Assembly: GCA_018302225.1 (NCBI GenBank)
Contig: JAGVZY010000011.1
Coordinates: 207-64,206, forward strand
Length of the DNA stretch: 64,000 nt
Source of the DNA: Candidatus Woesearchaeota archaeon
GTDB lineage: Archaea > Nanobdellota > Nanobdellia > SCGC-AAA011-G17 > JAGVZY01
Direction of reading: 5' to 3'
The notes under the pieces are model-generated. The model did not search any database. It was not told the origin of the DNA and saw nothing but the letters and a program-made list of their open reading frames with translations. This document shows, in pieces, positions 8,992-19,223 of this stretch (positions are counted from its first letter, which is position 1; each line of letters starts with the position of its first letter). The position numbers were made by a program, and so were the translations under genes.

Positions 8992-10608
8992 TTATTCTTT
9001 CAGAATCTTCAACAACTCACTTACATTCAATTCAAATGCCGCAACAGGCATTGTTAAATTAAAATTCTCTAGAACTTCAGGTCTTGTTTCACCAATATAA
9101 GCAATCTTTTTTCCATTAACTAATACTCTTCCAACTCTTCCTGCAATAAAAGAAGCATGCTCAGTTTCTTCCACTGCATAATCTAAACCTAAAGAGCTTA
9201 ATAAAGCATCTAAAATCTGTCTTATTTCTGTAAAGTTTGCAGTTTGACTACAAATTGCAACACCCATTCTTTCAGTTTCTAAAACTCCTGTTTCAGATTC
9301 ACCTTTTTTGAAAACTCTTCCAATCTCAAATATTTTTTGAGGATAATCATTATGCTTATTATCTTTTAAAACCTGCATCAAACAAGGAATAATCCAGCTT
9401 CTAAGAACATTATAATCCTGATTTAAAGCATTTTCTAATTCTATACATTCTAAATTTGAAAGCGTTTTATTCTGCATAATCTCTTTACTAGAAATATTAA
9501 AATTATTTGTTTCTACAAATCCTAAACTTGCCATTATTTCTGAGATTTTTCTTTTTAAAATTTCAATTTTACTTTCTTCTGCTTCAGAAGGTAATCTCTC
9601 AATTTCAGGAACAAAATTTTCATAACCATAAGCAATTGCTATATCTTCTGCGATATCCATTTGATGCAAAATATCTGTTCTATAACAAGGAACTTCAACT
9701 ATATTTCCATTTAAACTATAACCCATTTTTGCAAGTAATTTTCCAATTTCATTGGATTTTAATTCTATTCCTAATAATTTATTTACATATTTAAAATCGA
9801 TCCTAATTTTATCAGATTTTAAATTTAAATTTAAAATATCATAGATTATTGCACCTCTATCTGCTAGGGCAGTAATAATTATTTTTAAACATTGTTCAAC
9901 AGCATTTTGCTCCAAACCAGTTATATCAATAAACAAGTTCTTAGTAGTTTCAGTAACTTTTGTTTCTTGAGAATTAATAATTGGTGGCATAGACAATACT
10001 TGTTTATTTGCATCTATCCAAATGGGATATTCATTATAATTCTCGAGCAAATGCCTATATTCTATACCTTTTGCGTGTTTTTGTAAAATCTGTAGCAAAC
10101 TCATAGGCATATGATGCTCTAAAGGAGTAAAACAAAACTCTTTTGGTTTAGTAGTATAAGTTAAGGGGAATTTAATTTTATTTAAATCATAAACCCCAAT
10201 AGAAACTTTTTTTCTATTTCTTCCAAGTGTAGAATGTAATTTCTCTTGCACTTGCATTATTGATTGTATAGTGTAGCTGTCTAACTTAACATTTAAAGCA
10301 ACAGCACATGCAACACAAGGCCTTACATTTTTTACTTTAGAATCTATCTTAACTTTGTATTTTGCAGATTTTTTAGTACAATATTCTTTTAAACCTTTTT
10401 TTATTCCTAAGAATGTACTTAAACTTCTTGCAAAACCTTCAACACATAACATATCTGGTCGATTAGGTGTAACATCAATTTCTATCTGTTCACCAAAATT
10501 TTCTAATGAAACCCCCAACATAGGAATTCTATCTATTAAAATCTCATCAGAAATATTTTTCCCAAGCAATTTTAACAAATCTTTTTTTGAAAATACTATT
10601 AAAGCCAT
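8992..10608 (-). CDS. pheT: Phenylalanyl-tRNA synthetase beta subunit (archaeal type)
   Basis: 538 aa, archaeal PheT architecture with a B3/B4-like N-terminus. It lies immediately downstream of pheS on the same strand, 1-nt spacing. Confidence 0.85.
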   Translation of the reverse strand: MALIVFSKKDLLKLLGKNISDEILIDRIPMLGVSLENFGEQIEIDVTPNRPDMLCVEGFARSLSTFLGIKKGLKEYCTKKSAKYKVKIDSKVKNVRPCVACAVALNVKLDSYTIQSIMQVQEKLHSTLGRNRKKVSIGVYDLNKIKFPLTYTTKPKEFCFTPLEHHMPMSLLQILQKHAKGIEYRHLLENYNEYPIWIDANKQVLSMPPIINSQETKVTETTKNLFIDITGLEQNAVEQCLKIIITALADRGAIIYDILNLNLKSDKIRIDFKYVNKLLGIELKSNEIGKLLAKMGYSLNGNIVEVPCYRTDILHQMDIAEDIAIAYGYENFVPEIERLPSEAEESKIEILKRKISEIMASLGFVETNNFNISSKEIMQNKTLSNLECIELENALNQDYNVLRSWIIPCLMQVLKDNKHNDYPQKIFEIGRVFKKGESETGVLETERMGVAICSQTANFTEIRQILDALLSSLGLDYAVEETEHASFIAGRVGRVLVNGKKIAYIGETRPEVLENFNLTMPVAAFELNVSELLKILKE

Positions 10609-10609
10609 T

Positions 10610-12145
10610 TTACATCCATTCCTTTGCTTTTTTTGTTAAAGCTAAGTCATTTTTATATAATTCTCTCAAATCATCTAAATTATAATATCTTAATATTGAT
10701 CTCTCCATTCCTTGTCCCCAAGCTAATACAGGTATATCTTCTCCTAACAAAGGTTTAATAACTTCAGGTCTAAATATACCTGCCCCACCTAATTCTACCC
10801 ATTCTTTTCTTTTCTCATCAAATACCTCAACTTCTAATGAAAATTTAGTATAAGGGAAATATGAAGGTCTAAATCTTATTTTATCAAATCCTATTTTATA
10901 ATAATATTCTTTTAAGTATCCTAATAAGTTTCTAAAATTAGCGTTTCTATCAACTACTATTCCTTCAACTTGTACAAACTCAAACAAATGTTTCCAATCT
11001 AAAGCTTCATTTCTGAAAACTCTTCCTATTGAGAAAAATTTCAAGGGTAATTTATTTTTATCTAAATTTGCAATGGTTTTTACAGATAAAGTGGTGGTAT
11101 GTGTTCTTAAAACATTTAATTTTGCAATATTTTCATCCCATTTATAATTCCAACCCTTTGAACCTGTATCACCACCATTTTCATGCACTCTTTTTACAGC
11201 TTCAACTATTTTTTTATCAGGCAATTTTCCTAATTTAGGATTCTTAACAAAAAAAGTATCTTGCATAGTTCTTGCAGGATGATCTTGTGGTACAAATAAA
11301 GCATCTAAATTCCAAAATGAAGTTTGAACAAAATCTCCAGACATCTCTTTAAACCCTAAATTTAACCAAACTTTTTTTATACTATCTACAGCTTGATTAA
11401 CAAAGTGTTTTCTTCCCCCAAAAATAGTAGGAACATTAATAGATACATCATATCTTCTAAAGGTTTTACCCTTCCAAGCACCAGAATTTAATATAGTTGG
11501 AGTCAATTGCTCTAAAGTAGTATTATGGACTTTTATTTTAGCTAATCTTTTTCCAAGTTCAGTCAATTCAAATTTTTTCTCTTTAACTAATTCTATATTT
11601 ACTATTTCTTTTCTTTTCTTGAGTTCTTCCAAAGCATATTTTTGTTCTGGTTTTAGTTCTTTAATGTTCAAAGGTAATTGATGGATAAATTTTTCTTCAA
11701 GTGTTAATTCATTAAAAGCTTTTTTTCCTAAATCAGTTAATTCTACTTCTTTTCCAAGCTTTATCAAACCTTTTTTCTTCAGAACACCAATTGAAATAGA
11801 AAATTCTTCTTGATTTAATTTAGTCTCATTCTTAAGTTGCTCTATTGTTTTTGATTTTTCTTTTAAAACTTTTAAAAATCTTCTTTCAGGCAATCCATTT
11901 TTTTTATATTTTATACCATTTTTATCCAGAACAATAACTTCGTCTAATAAAGTAGAAATTACTAAAACTTTTTTATTTTCTAACCATTGCAAGGCCCTCA
12001 TTACTTCAACATCTTTTAAAGACGTTTTTTTCATAAGTTCATTTAAACTAGAAGCTTGGCTAAGAAAAGGCAAAACCTTTCTTTCTAATGGGTGCAAAGT
12101 TTCAACTATCTTACTTAATTCTGTCTCTTTTGCAGTATCTTTCAT
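10610..12145 (-). CDS. pheS: Phenylalanyl-tRNA synthetase alpha subunit (archaeal type)
   Basis: Class II aaRS motifs (FRPSYFPYTKFSLEVEV, GAGIFRPEV, WGQGMERS) and an N-terminal winged-helix region. Confidence 0.9.
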   Translation of the reverse strand: MKDTAKETELSKIVETLHPLERKVLPFLSQASSLNELMKKTSLKDVEVMRALQWLENKKVLVISTLLDEVIVLDKNGIKYKKNGLPERRFLKVLKEKSKTIEQLKNETKLNQEEFSISIGVLKKKGLIKLGKEVELTDLGKKAFNELTLEEKFIHQLPLNIKELKPEQKYALEELKKRKEIVNIELVKEKKFELTELGKRLAKIKVHNTTLEQLTPTILNSGAWKGKTFRRYDVSINVPTIFGGRKHFVNQAVDSIKKVWLNLGFKEMSGDFVQTSFWNLDALFVPQDHPARTMQDTFFVKNPKLGKLPDKKIVEAVKRVHENGGDTGSKGWNYKWDENIAKLNVLRTHTTTLSVKTIANLDKNKLPLKFFSIGRVFRNEALDWKHLFEFVQVEGIVVDRNANFRNLLGYLKEYYYKIGFDKIRFRPSYFPYTKFSLEVEVFDEKRKEWVELGGAGIFRPEVIKPLLGEDIPVLAWGQGMERSILRYYNLDDLRELYKNDLALTKKAKEWM

Positions 12146-12192
12146 ACTAAAAGGATTAAAAATATACTTATTTAAAAAGATTGCCTTTATAT

Positions 12193-12597
12193 TTAAACTA
12201 AATAGCTTCTTAATCGCTTCATTTGCCTATTTCCTGGAGAATCAGCTGTGAAATATAACAAATTAGGTAATTTTTTTAATTTATCCTCAAAACTTTGTCT
12301 TATTATAAATTTACTATTAGATTTATTTAATATTCTTTCAAGAGGGGAATCAGAAGGATCTACACAAAGAGATTTATCTTCTCCAAATTTTATCAAAGAA
12401 CTAAAACTGATAATAATTAAATTATTACCTAAATAGTTACTATTTAGACTATTAAATGCGTTTTTTATATAATTTGTATTTGGAATGAGATGTTCTTCCT
12501 GAAAATAAATTCTATAATCTGTATCTACATTTAAATTTTGAATATATGCTCTAATAAAATCTATCCTATCAATTGCGACAAAATTTGTAAATTTCAT
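12193..12597 (-). CDS. Hypothetical protein
   Basis: 134-aa ORF. A TATA-like TTTATAATATAAA lies immediately upstream of the ATG, so the transcript is probably leaderless. Confidence 0.4.
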   Translation of the reverse strand: MKFTNFVAIDRIDFIRAYIQNLNVDTDYRIYFQEEHLIPNTNYIKNAFNSLNSNYLGNNLIIISFSSLIKFGEDKSLCVDPSDSPLERILNKSNSKFIIRQSFEDKLKKLPNLLYFTADSPGNRQMKRLRSYLV

Positions 12598-12624
12598 TTT
12601 TATAAGTATTTATATTATAAACCC

Positions 12625-12665
12625 AAGAAAAAGCCCCTTGCAGGGAGAGCTTTTTCCTGGGAAAA
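12625..12665 (-). terminator. GC-rich hairpin (AGCTCTCCC-TGCA-AGGGGCT) followed by a T-tract on the minus strand; probable terminator of the TrmB-family gene
   Basis: This is the only GC-rich stretch in an AT-rich spacer. It is flanked by A-run and T-run. Confidence 0.3.
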
Positions 12666-12696
12666 GAGGTGATTATGATAACCAATTATTTTAAAT

Positions 12697-13533
12697 TTAA
12701 GCAGTAACTTTTATTTTTTTAACAGCCTCTCCCATTGGTTCTAATTTTTCCCAAACAACATTAAATAAGCCCTCAATAGCAGAAGCAAAAAATGGAGTTT
12801 CTGCCCAAATTCCTACATCATATGCTGAATGAACATCCTCATCATTCATAACCATAAATAAAAGATTTTTATTATCCACAACTGCAAACCTTGCATTCAC
12901 TCTTTTAGTGTTTCTAACATCTGCAACTTCTGCTAAACTTTCTGCTGCATAACTAGATTCTTTTGTTACAGGTGCAGCAATTCTAATATTAACTCCTTTT
13001 GCTTTTAATTTTCTTAAAGTTTTCTTAAGTGCTTCATTCTTTCTTATCAATCCTTTTGCAGTTGTTACTATAACTACAGATTTTTCTGCGTTTCTAAGTA
13101 ATGAATCCAAATGATCATAAATATTATTTCTTCCTTTTAATGAACCGGATAAAGAAGCAGGTTCTATAAAACTTATTCCTTGTTTATGTAACAAGTTTAA
13201 CTCTCCAAACAAATCAGTTGTTTTTATATCTTCCAAAGTTTTAAGTTTTCTTTCAGTATCATACTTTACATTCTTTCTTATCCTATTTATAATCTCACTA
13301 GGTTCTACAGCCAAGTATTTTATTGGTTTCCCTAATTTCATTATAATATAGCTTTTCCTTTCAAGACTCTCAAGAACATCATAGCTTCTTGATCTTGGAA
13401 CCCCAGAAATGTCACTTAATTCACCAGCTGTCGAAATACCTCTAGAAAGTAAAGCCGTCCATATTTTAGCTTCATAAATATTTAATTCAAATGAGTTTTT
13501 TATTTTGTTTAAAAATTCTTCTTTAACTATCAT
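12697..13533 (-). CDS. TrmB-family transcriptional regulator
   Basis: N-terminal TrmB-type HTH (YEAKIWTALLSRGISTAGELSDISGVPRSRSYDVLESLERKSYI) plus a C-terminal TrmB-like domain. Confidence 0.7.
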   Translation of the reverse strand: MIVKEEFLNKIKNSFELNIYEAKIWTALLSRGISTAGELSDISGVPRSRSYDVLESLERKSYIIMKLGKPIKYLAVEPSEIINRIRKNVKYDTERKLKTLEDIKTTDLFGELNLLHKQGISFIEPASLSGSLKGRNNIYDHLDSLLRNAEKSVVIVTTAKGLIRKNEALKKTLRKLKAKGVNIRIAAPVTKESSYAAESLAEVADVRNTKRVNARFAVVDNKNLLFMVMNDEDVHSAYDVGIWAETPFFASAIEGLFNVVWEKLEPMGEAVKKIKVTA

Positions 13534-13673
13534 TTTTCACCCGTATTTTGTATAACAACTAAGAACAATAGCTCACAAATGTTTATAAAACTTTCCGAGT
13601 TTGTTATTTAAAGGTAATAACATCTCAATAGAAATGCATTAGTCTTATAAATTTATTAGGTTTATATAACCTC

Positions 13674-14696
13674 ATGGCTACAGACAATGAACTAAGAGAA
13701 AATGTGCTATTAGATAGAATTATCAAAATAAGCAACATATTCTTAGAAGATTCAGGCCATTTAACTAGCAAGGGTGGAATAAGCTTTCATGGTGCCCATA
13801 GTTTCAAAGTTGATTATAATAAATCAAAAAATAAATTTGAGAAGATAGAATTATATTTTACACCTGATTCATTCAAAACATTCTCAATTTATAAAAATTT
13901 ATTGCCTTTTTTAGAAAATGACTCTGGAGAATGGGAAGTTCTAAATAACAAAGTTACAATTTTAGGAACAAAAGACAGACAAATAAATGTTTTTAGTCCA
14001 TTTGAAATAGAAAATATTTACACTCAAATAAATGAAAAATTAAAATTTGAAAGTAAAGCATTTGAATCATACATTGAATTTACAAAAAAATTCCAAAATC
14101 TTTCAACCTATCATCCTTTTTTAATTCAATTAATGAAATCAAGATATGTTAGAAATATGAATGAAACAGAAGTTACAAAAAAATTAAAAAAATATCTTGG
14201 GAAAAGTGAAATTAAAGAAATTAACTTTAAAGAATATTTCGAAGAGTACAGAAAAATCTTGTGCAGAAATAATAGGGAAAAAAGAGAATGCTCTGTTGCA
14301 CCCTATAACAACAAAATAATGGTTTATACAGGAATAAAAGATTTAACCAATCCTGAAGAAAATCCGACCTTAGAGGGAATATTAAATTGGTGGGAATTCC
14401 CAGAACTATATTCCCAAGAAAAAGTAATTACTGCAGAAGAAGCAACAGAGTTATTTATTAAAGCAAGAGATCTCGCCAGAAAACAAATAGATAAAAAAAT
14501 AGAACCCTTATCTGATGGAAGAGTAATCGTGACAGGCATCCATCTAAACGAATTTAATGCTGAAGAACTAGAAAAAGTTTATGACGCGGCCTTAAACGCA
14601 GTCAAATATATGCCTAATCCAAGTATTTCTAGTAATACTAAAGATATAAGAACCATCTGCCAAGCACTCGCTACAATTAAAGGATATTGCAAATAA
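13674..14696 (+). CDS. Hypothetical protein
   Basis: 340-aa ORF with no recognisable domain. Confidence 0.45.
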   Translation: MATDNELRENVLLDRIIKISNIFLEDSGHLTSKGGISFHGAHSFKVDYNKSKNKFEKIELYFTPDSFKTFSIYKNLLPFLENDSGEWEVLNNKVTILGTKDRQINVFSPFEIENIYTQINEKLKFESKAFESYIEFTKKFQNLSTYHPFLIQLMKSRYVRNMNETEVTKKLKKYLGKSEIKEINFKEYFEEYRKILCRNNREKRECSVAPYNNKIMVYTGIKDLTNPEENPTLEGILNWWEFPELYSQEKVITAEEATELFIKARDLARKQIDKKIEPLSDGRVIVTGIHLNEFNAEELEKVYDAALNAVKYMPNPSISSNTKDIRTICQALATIKGYCK

Positions 14697-14882
14697 ATTT
14701 ATTCAAATTTTTTCATTAGAGCCGTATGCGCTGGATAAGATATTGAAATCTTTTCTTTATTCAAAGCATCATAAATTAAACAAGTTGCTTGTTCTTTTGC
14801 ATCTGCTTTCTTAGAAAAATCAGATACCCAAAAAAACACTCCAAATTGCCTGCAAAACCTCTACCATAACAAGCCGAAAAAC

Positions 14883-14919
14883 AAAAATTATTTATATATT
14901 TTTGCTTTTTTAGTATATT
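14883..14919 (+). promoter_or_regulatory. Archaeal TATA box (TTTATATAT) ~27-35 nt upstream of the ATG of 14920..15213, implying a leaderless transcript
   Basis: The sequence aaaattatttatatatttttgcttttttagtatattATG has the spacing expected between an archaeal TATA box and the transcription start. Confidence 0.35.
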
Positions 14920-15213
14920 ATGGACTTTATAGACAAAAAGAAATTCTCAATATTAGAGGATAAAATCAAATTAAAGCTAGATAAAATAAAAAAACTAAAA
15001 ACTCCGCAAATTAAACAAGAAATAATTTGGTGTAACAATTTAATAGAAAACCTCCTCCCTAAGATAATCAACACTAAATCAAAAGCATTAACACAATTTG
15101 CTTCAGAAGAAAAAATTAATCAAGCTCTAAAAGATCTAAATCTAGAAGTAGTTATGCAACTAAACATTATAAAATATAAAAAAGAGTTAGAGAAAAAACT
15201 TAACTCAAAATAA
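14920..15213 (+). CDS. Small hypothetical coiled-coil protein
   Basis: 97-aa K/E-rich ORF directly downstream of a TATA box. Confidence 0.35.
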   Translation: MDFIDKKKFSILEDKIKLKLDKIKKLKTPQIKQEIIWCNNLIENLLPKIINTKSKALTQFASEEKINQALKDLNLEVVMQLNIIKYKKELEKKLNSK

Positions 15214-16326
15214 TTACATTTTGAAAATAAATTTATCTAATTCTTTTTCAGCTTTTCTTCTTCTTTCTTGATGTTCTTTTAAGAATTTATTTATCTTATC
15301 AATTAAAATCTGTTTTAATTCTCCAGTCAGTAATTTTCCAGATTTATAATCATCATGTATTTTTTTTAATTTTTCATTATCTGGTTCAAAAAAAGCTTTC
15401 AAATATTGATAAGAGACATCAATTTCAGGATTTCCACCTTTTTTTCTATGTTCTTCAATTGTTGCCTGCCCGCCTGAAAAAGCATATTTATTTATTTTCT
15501 TTTTAACTTGTTCAGGGGTGTCAGATAAGAAAATTGCTGCATCTGAATTATGAGACTGCATTTTACCTTGAACACCTTGTAAAGGAGGTATCATCATCCA
15601 TTGTATTGAAGCAGGCTTATAATAACCTAATTTAGGTAAAATATCCCTTGTTAGCCTAAAATGAGGATCTTGATCTACACCATGTGGAATTAAGCAAACT
15701 AATTTTTTATTATTTATTATAGAAGGTAAAAATGCTGGAACTGCTTGCATTGAAGTATAAAATATTGCACCAATATTAGTAGAATCATTCAAACCAAAAC
15801 TTGATTTTACCATTGAAAAGGTAATTTTCTTTGCAACTTTTACTGCTTCTGAATACATTAATGAAGCATGTTTAGTATCAATAATAAAGTGGGTCTTTTT
15901 TGGATTAAAACCAAGCGCAATTATATCCAACATATTTTCTTTTAAATACTTTTGTGCAGTTTCATAACTTAAATTTTCTTTAAACAAAAATTTCTCTTCA
16001 TCTGGAAATTGAAACCATAATTCTAAATCCAATTTTTCTTGTAACCATCTTGTAAATTCCCAGCCAAAAACATGACCTATATGTATTGGTCCTGACGGAC
16101 TTCTACCAGTATATAAAAATAAGTTTTTTCCACTTTCATATTCTTTTAATGCAAAATCTAAATCCCTATGAACAAAAACAATACCTCTTGATAGCATAGG
16201 ATGTAAAGTTTTGGTATGCTTCTTCAACCTTTCAAACAATTTATTATCTAATCTTTGAACACCAAATTCTTTTATCAACTTATCATAATCAATAGAACCT
16301 TCAACTTCCCAGGGTGTTACCTTCAT
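15214..16326 (-). CDS. trpS: Tryptophanyl-tRNA synthetase (archaeal/eukaryotic type)
   Basis: YTGRSPSGPIHIGHVFGWEFTRWLQE (HIGH motif), GVDQDPHFRLTRDI and KMQSH (KMSAS-like) match archaeal/eukaryal TrpRS rather than TyrRS. Confidence 0.8.
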   Translation of the reverse strand: MKVTPWEVEGSIDYDKLIKEFGVQRLDNKLFERLKKHTKTLHPMLSRGIVFVHRDLDFALKEYESGKNLFLYTGRSPSGPIHIGHVFGWEFTRWLQEKLDLELWFQFPDEEKFLFKENLSYETAQKYLKENMLDIIALGFNPKKTHFIIDTKHASLMYSEAVKVAKKITFSMVKSSFGLNDSTNIGAIFYTSMQAVPAFLPSIINNKKLVCLIPHGVDQDPHFRLTRDILPKLGYYKPASIQWMMIPPLQGVQGKMQSHNSDAAIFLSDTPEQVKKKINKYAFSGGQATIEEHRKKGGNPEIDVSYQYLKAFFEPDNEKLKKIHDDYKSGKLLTGELKQILIDKINKFLKEHQERRRKAEKELDKFIFKM

Positions 16327-16361
16327 AATAAGCCTTTAGAAGTAGATTTATTTAAATATTG

Positions 16362-18098
16362 CTATTTTTTCTTTATAATATGCAAGTCTAACTTATGCTC
16401 TCTAAAGAATACTCTTGGGTTTAATTTATGTTCAATCTTTAAACCTCTCTTGCTAATAACTTCTTTTTTATCTTTTACAACCTTTGTAGCAACTGCCTTT
16501 TCATCAGGATGTAATCTCTTATTTATATCAAGGTGACTTTCTTTACCTCTTGTGAACTTTTTAGTTAATTTGTATAATCTGCCTGTTGATTGTTGTATTA
16601 AAATTATAGCAACAAAGAAGATTGTGGCATAAGCTAACAAAACATAGATTTCAAATAAAGCCTTATCTAAACCATAATTAAATAACATTACTTTTTTCAA
16701 CGCACTTTCACCAATAACAAAAGAACTATAATCAACAAATCTTCTTATAGCCAGAGGTAATGCTTCTGTAGGCATAATAGTATTTGAAAATAATAGTATC
16801 AAACTTCCAATAGTTATAGATGCTAAAGTTGTAGTTTCAGTTGAGTTTAATACATATCCTATTACCATTCCTAACAAAGTGAATACAATTGCGCATAATA
16901 AAATTAAAACCAATGCATAACCTATTTGTGCAGGTGCTAAAGGTAAGAAATAGTACAATGCTCCAAATATAATTGCAAACTGAACTAAAACAACTAATAC
17001 ATTAGTTAAGAAAGTTCCAAGCATAAATAAGATTTGGGGTGTAGGTGTAATGAAATTTCTAAAATAAGCTTTAGATAATTTTTCTTCAACAGTAGTAGTA
17101 GAAGATAATAATAAAGTTGTAAACATTAAGACTAATAACATCAATGCAGGTATTAAATTATTTAAATGTGTTTTTTCAAGAGTTATAGTTTTTATTTCTG
17201 TAGTTATAGGAGAAATAATATTTTCTGCTTTAGTTACTTTAATCGCATTTATGCTAGTAAGAATACTATCCATAGCAGTAGAAATACTTGCAATCTTAGG
17301 GGAAGAGGTATCAATGGATTGTTTGATTGTTTGAATTTGAGTATTTGCAGTTACAATTTTTGTAGATGCAGTATTTAATTTAACATTTAAATCATCAATT
17401 ACATCTTGCATTTTTTCAACAACATCACCCAAACTTTCTTTATCATCTTCACTCAAATTTGCACTATTTAAGAAAGAATTGTAGCTTGTAGTAGTATTTA
17501 AAGAACTACTTGTTAAATTTATACTTGAAAAATCTTTATTTATTACATCTAATTTGGAAGATGAATCCACCATAGTAGAACTCACTTCTGCAACAACTAA
17601 CTTTTTTGCACTTAACTCGTCTTTAGCCGAGGTAATAGTAGTTAATAATACATTAGTTAATTCTAAACTTAATTGATCTGATCTCTGAGAAATTTTGTCT
17701 GAAATAGTATCCAAAATAGCATAAACTAAATTCATTCTCGACTTATCAATATAAAATGTAATTGTATTTTTAGCCTCATTAGATATTTCCATATTAGCAG
17801 GCATTTTTAAACAAATATTTAGACTTCCTTGTTTTATTTTTTCAGTACACTCTGCTTCTGAATTCACCTTTATTATTTTAAATTGATTATCTTCCAGACT
17901 TTGAACAAGGGAATTCGAAAGCTCATTATAAGATTCACAATAAACTCCAAGTTTTACACCATACAAAGATGAAGTATTAAATGCCACACCCACTAATGCA
18001 ATTAAAATAAGTGGCCCTAAAATCATAACTAATGAAGAAGAAGTAGATCTAGTTAATAACTTCAAATTCTTCTTTATTATTGCAATTAATTTTGACAT
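16362..18098 (-). CDS. ABC-2 type transporter permease with a large extracytoplasmic domain (YhgE/Pip-like)
   Basis: N-terminal TM, a ~270-aa Ser/Thr-rich extracellular region, then 5 C-terminal TM helices. The start is coupled to the stop of the upstream ATPase gene. Confidence 0.6.
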   Translation of the reverse strand: MSKLIAIIKKNLKLLTRSTSSSLVMILGPLILIALVGVAFNTSSLYGVKLGVYCESYNELSNSLVQSLEDNQFKIIKVNSEAECTEKIKQGSLNICLKMPANMEISNEAKNTITFYIDKSRMNLVYAILDTISDKISQRSDQLSLELTNVLLTTITSAKDELSAKKLVVAEVSSTMVDSSSKLDVINKDFSSINLTSSSLNTTTSYNSFLNSANLSEDDKESLGDVVEKMQDVIDDLNVKLNTASTKIVTANTQIQTIKQSIDTSSPKIASISTAMDSILTSINAIKVTKAENIISPITTEIKTITLEKTHLNNLIPALMLLVLMFTTLLLSSTTTVEEKLSKAYFRNFITPTPQILFMLGTFLTNVLVVLVQFAIIFGALYYFLPLAPAQIGYALVLILLCAIVFTLLGMVIGYVLNSTETTTLASITIGSLILLFSNTIMPTEALPLAIRRFVDYSSFVIGESALKKVMLFNYGLDKALFEIYVLLAYATIFFVAIILIQQSTGRLYKLTKKFTRGKESHLDINKRLHPDEKAVATKVVKDKKEVISKRGLKIEHKLNPRVFFREHKLDLHIIKKK

Positions 18099-19102
18099 TA
18101 TTTAGCAACCTCTTCTTTAGGCAAAACTATTTTTTGTTCATTAAGTTTTTCATCTTGCTTAATTTGTTTTAATTGAACTTTTTTAACTAAGAATTCAAAT
18201 ACTTCATATAAAGAAGGTTTTTTCAATTCTAATTTGATTAAATCAAGTTTGGCTTCATCAATTTTCTGAACAACTTTAGGGAATAAATCTTCGCTATCAT
18301 TAGTATAAACTACAATTTCTTCCTCTCTTCTTTGTATAATTTTATCTTCTTTAATACTTTTAATTATATTCAAAACCTTACTAAAATCAGCATCTTTAGC
18401 TTTAATAACAATTTCTTTACTCTTTGAATAAGTGTCTATTAGCTCATGAGGACTTCCTGAAGCAATAACTATTCCATTATGCAAAACGGCAATTGTGTCA
18501 CATATTCTTTCAGCTTCATCAAGCAAGTGAGAAGTCATAATTACAGTTGTTTTCTGAGAATTTATCTTCTTAATTAACATTATTATTTCTTCTCTTAATA
18601 TCGGATCTAAATCTTCAGTAGGTTCATCTAATATCAAAATTTTAGGATTATGTATTAATGCACAAGCGATATTTAATCTTCTTTGCATACCCCCAGAAAG
18701 ATGTTCTGCAAGCATATTTTTATAATCATATAATTCAACTAATTTTAATATACTCTCACTGTTTTCTTTAATCTGTTTATCAGTCAAACTATACAGCTTA
18801 CCAAAATAATTAAGATTTTCTTGTACAGTCAATTTATTATATACGCAATTTTCTTGTGTTGCAAAACCAATTATATTCTTTATAGGTTTAGACATAGGTT
18901 TAGACTCAAACAAAACCTTTCCAGAATCAGAATCCATAAATCCCACAATAATATTTAATAGAGTTGTCTTACCAGAACCAGATTCACCTATAATTCCAAA
19001 GATTTCATCCTGTGAAACGGCTAATTTTACATTTTTTAAAACATCTAACTTGCCAAAAGACTTACTAATCTCTTTTGCCTCTATCTGTATAGTCATCAAC
19101 AA
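18098..19102 (-). CDS. ABC transporter ATP-binding protein
   Basis: Walker A (GESGSGKTTLLN), signature motif (LSGGMQRRLNIA) and Walker B (ILILDEP). Confidence 0.85.
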   Translation of the reverse strand: MLMTIQIEAKEISKSFGKLDVLKNVKLAVSQDEIFGIIGESGSGKTTLLNIIVGFMDSDSGKVLFESKPMSKPIKNIIGFATQENCVYNKLTVQENLNYFGKLYSLTDKQIKENSESILKLVELYDYKNMLAEHLSGGMQRRLNIACALIHNPKILILDEPTEDLDPILREEIIMLIKKINSQKTTVIMTSHLLDEAERICDTIAVLHNGIVIASGSPHELIDTYSKSKEIVIKAKDADFSKVLNIIKSIKEDKIIQRREEEIVVYTNDSEDLFPKVVQKIDEAKLDLIKLELKKPSLYEVFEFLVKKVQLKQIKQDEKLNEQKIVLPKEEVAK

Positions 19103-19223
19103 GTAAATATTAAATTAGTTATTAAATTCTTGTCTTAATTACAGAGTGATAGTTTAAGCCTATTTTTGATTTATAATCTAAAATTTAAAAAGGTTTTTAT
19201 ATACCTTGAAATAATTTATACCT

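Noticed and set aside
9507-12436. Plus-strand ORFs inside pheT/pheS and neighbours (9507..9794, 9892..10086, 10355..10639, 11029..11238, 12248..12436)
   Set aside because: Antisense to well-supported aaRS genes. The peptides are F/L/I-rich and non-protein-like.
16255-16536. 93-aa plus-strand ORF spanning the trpS/ABC permease junction
   Set aside because: It overlaps the 5' end of trpS and the 3' end of the permease in antisense, so it is likely spurious.
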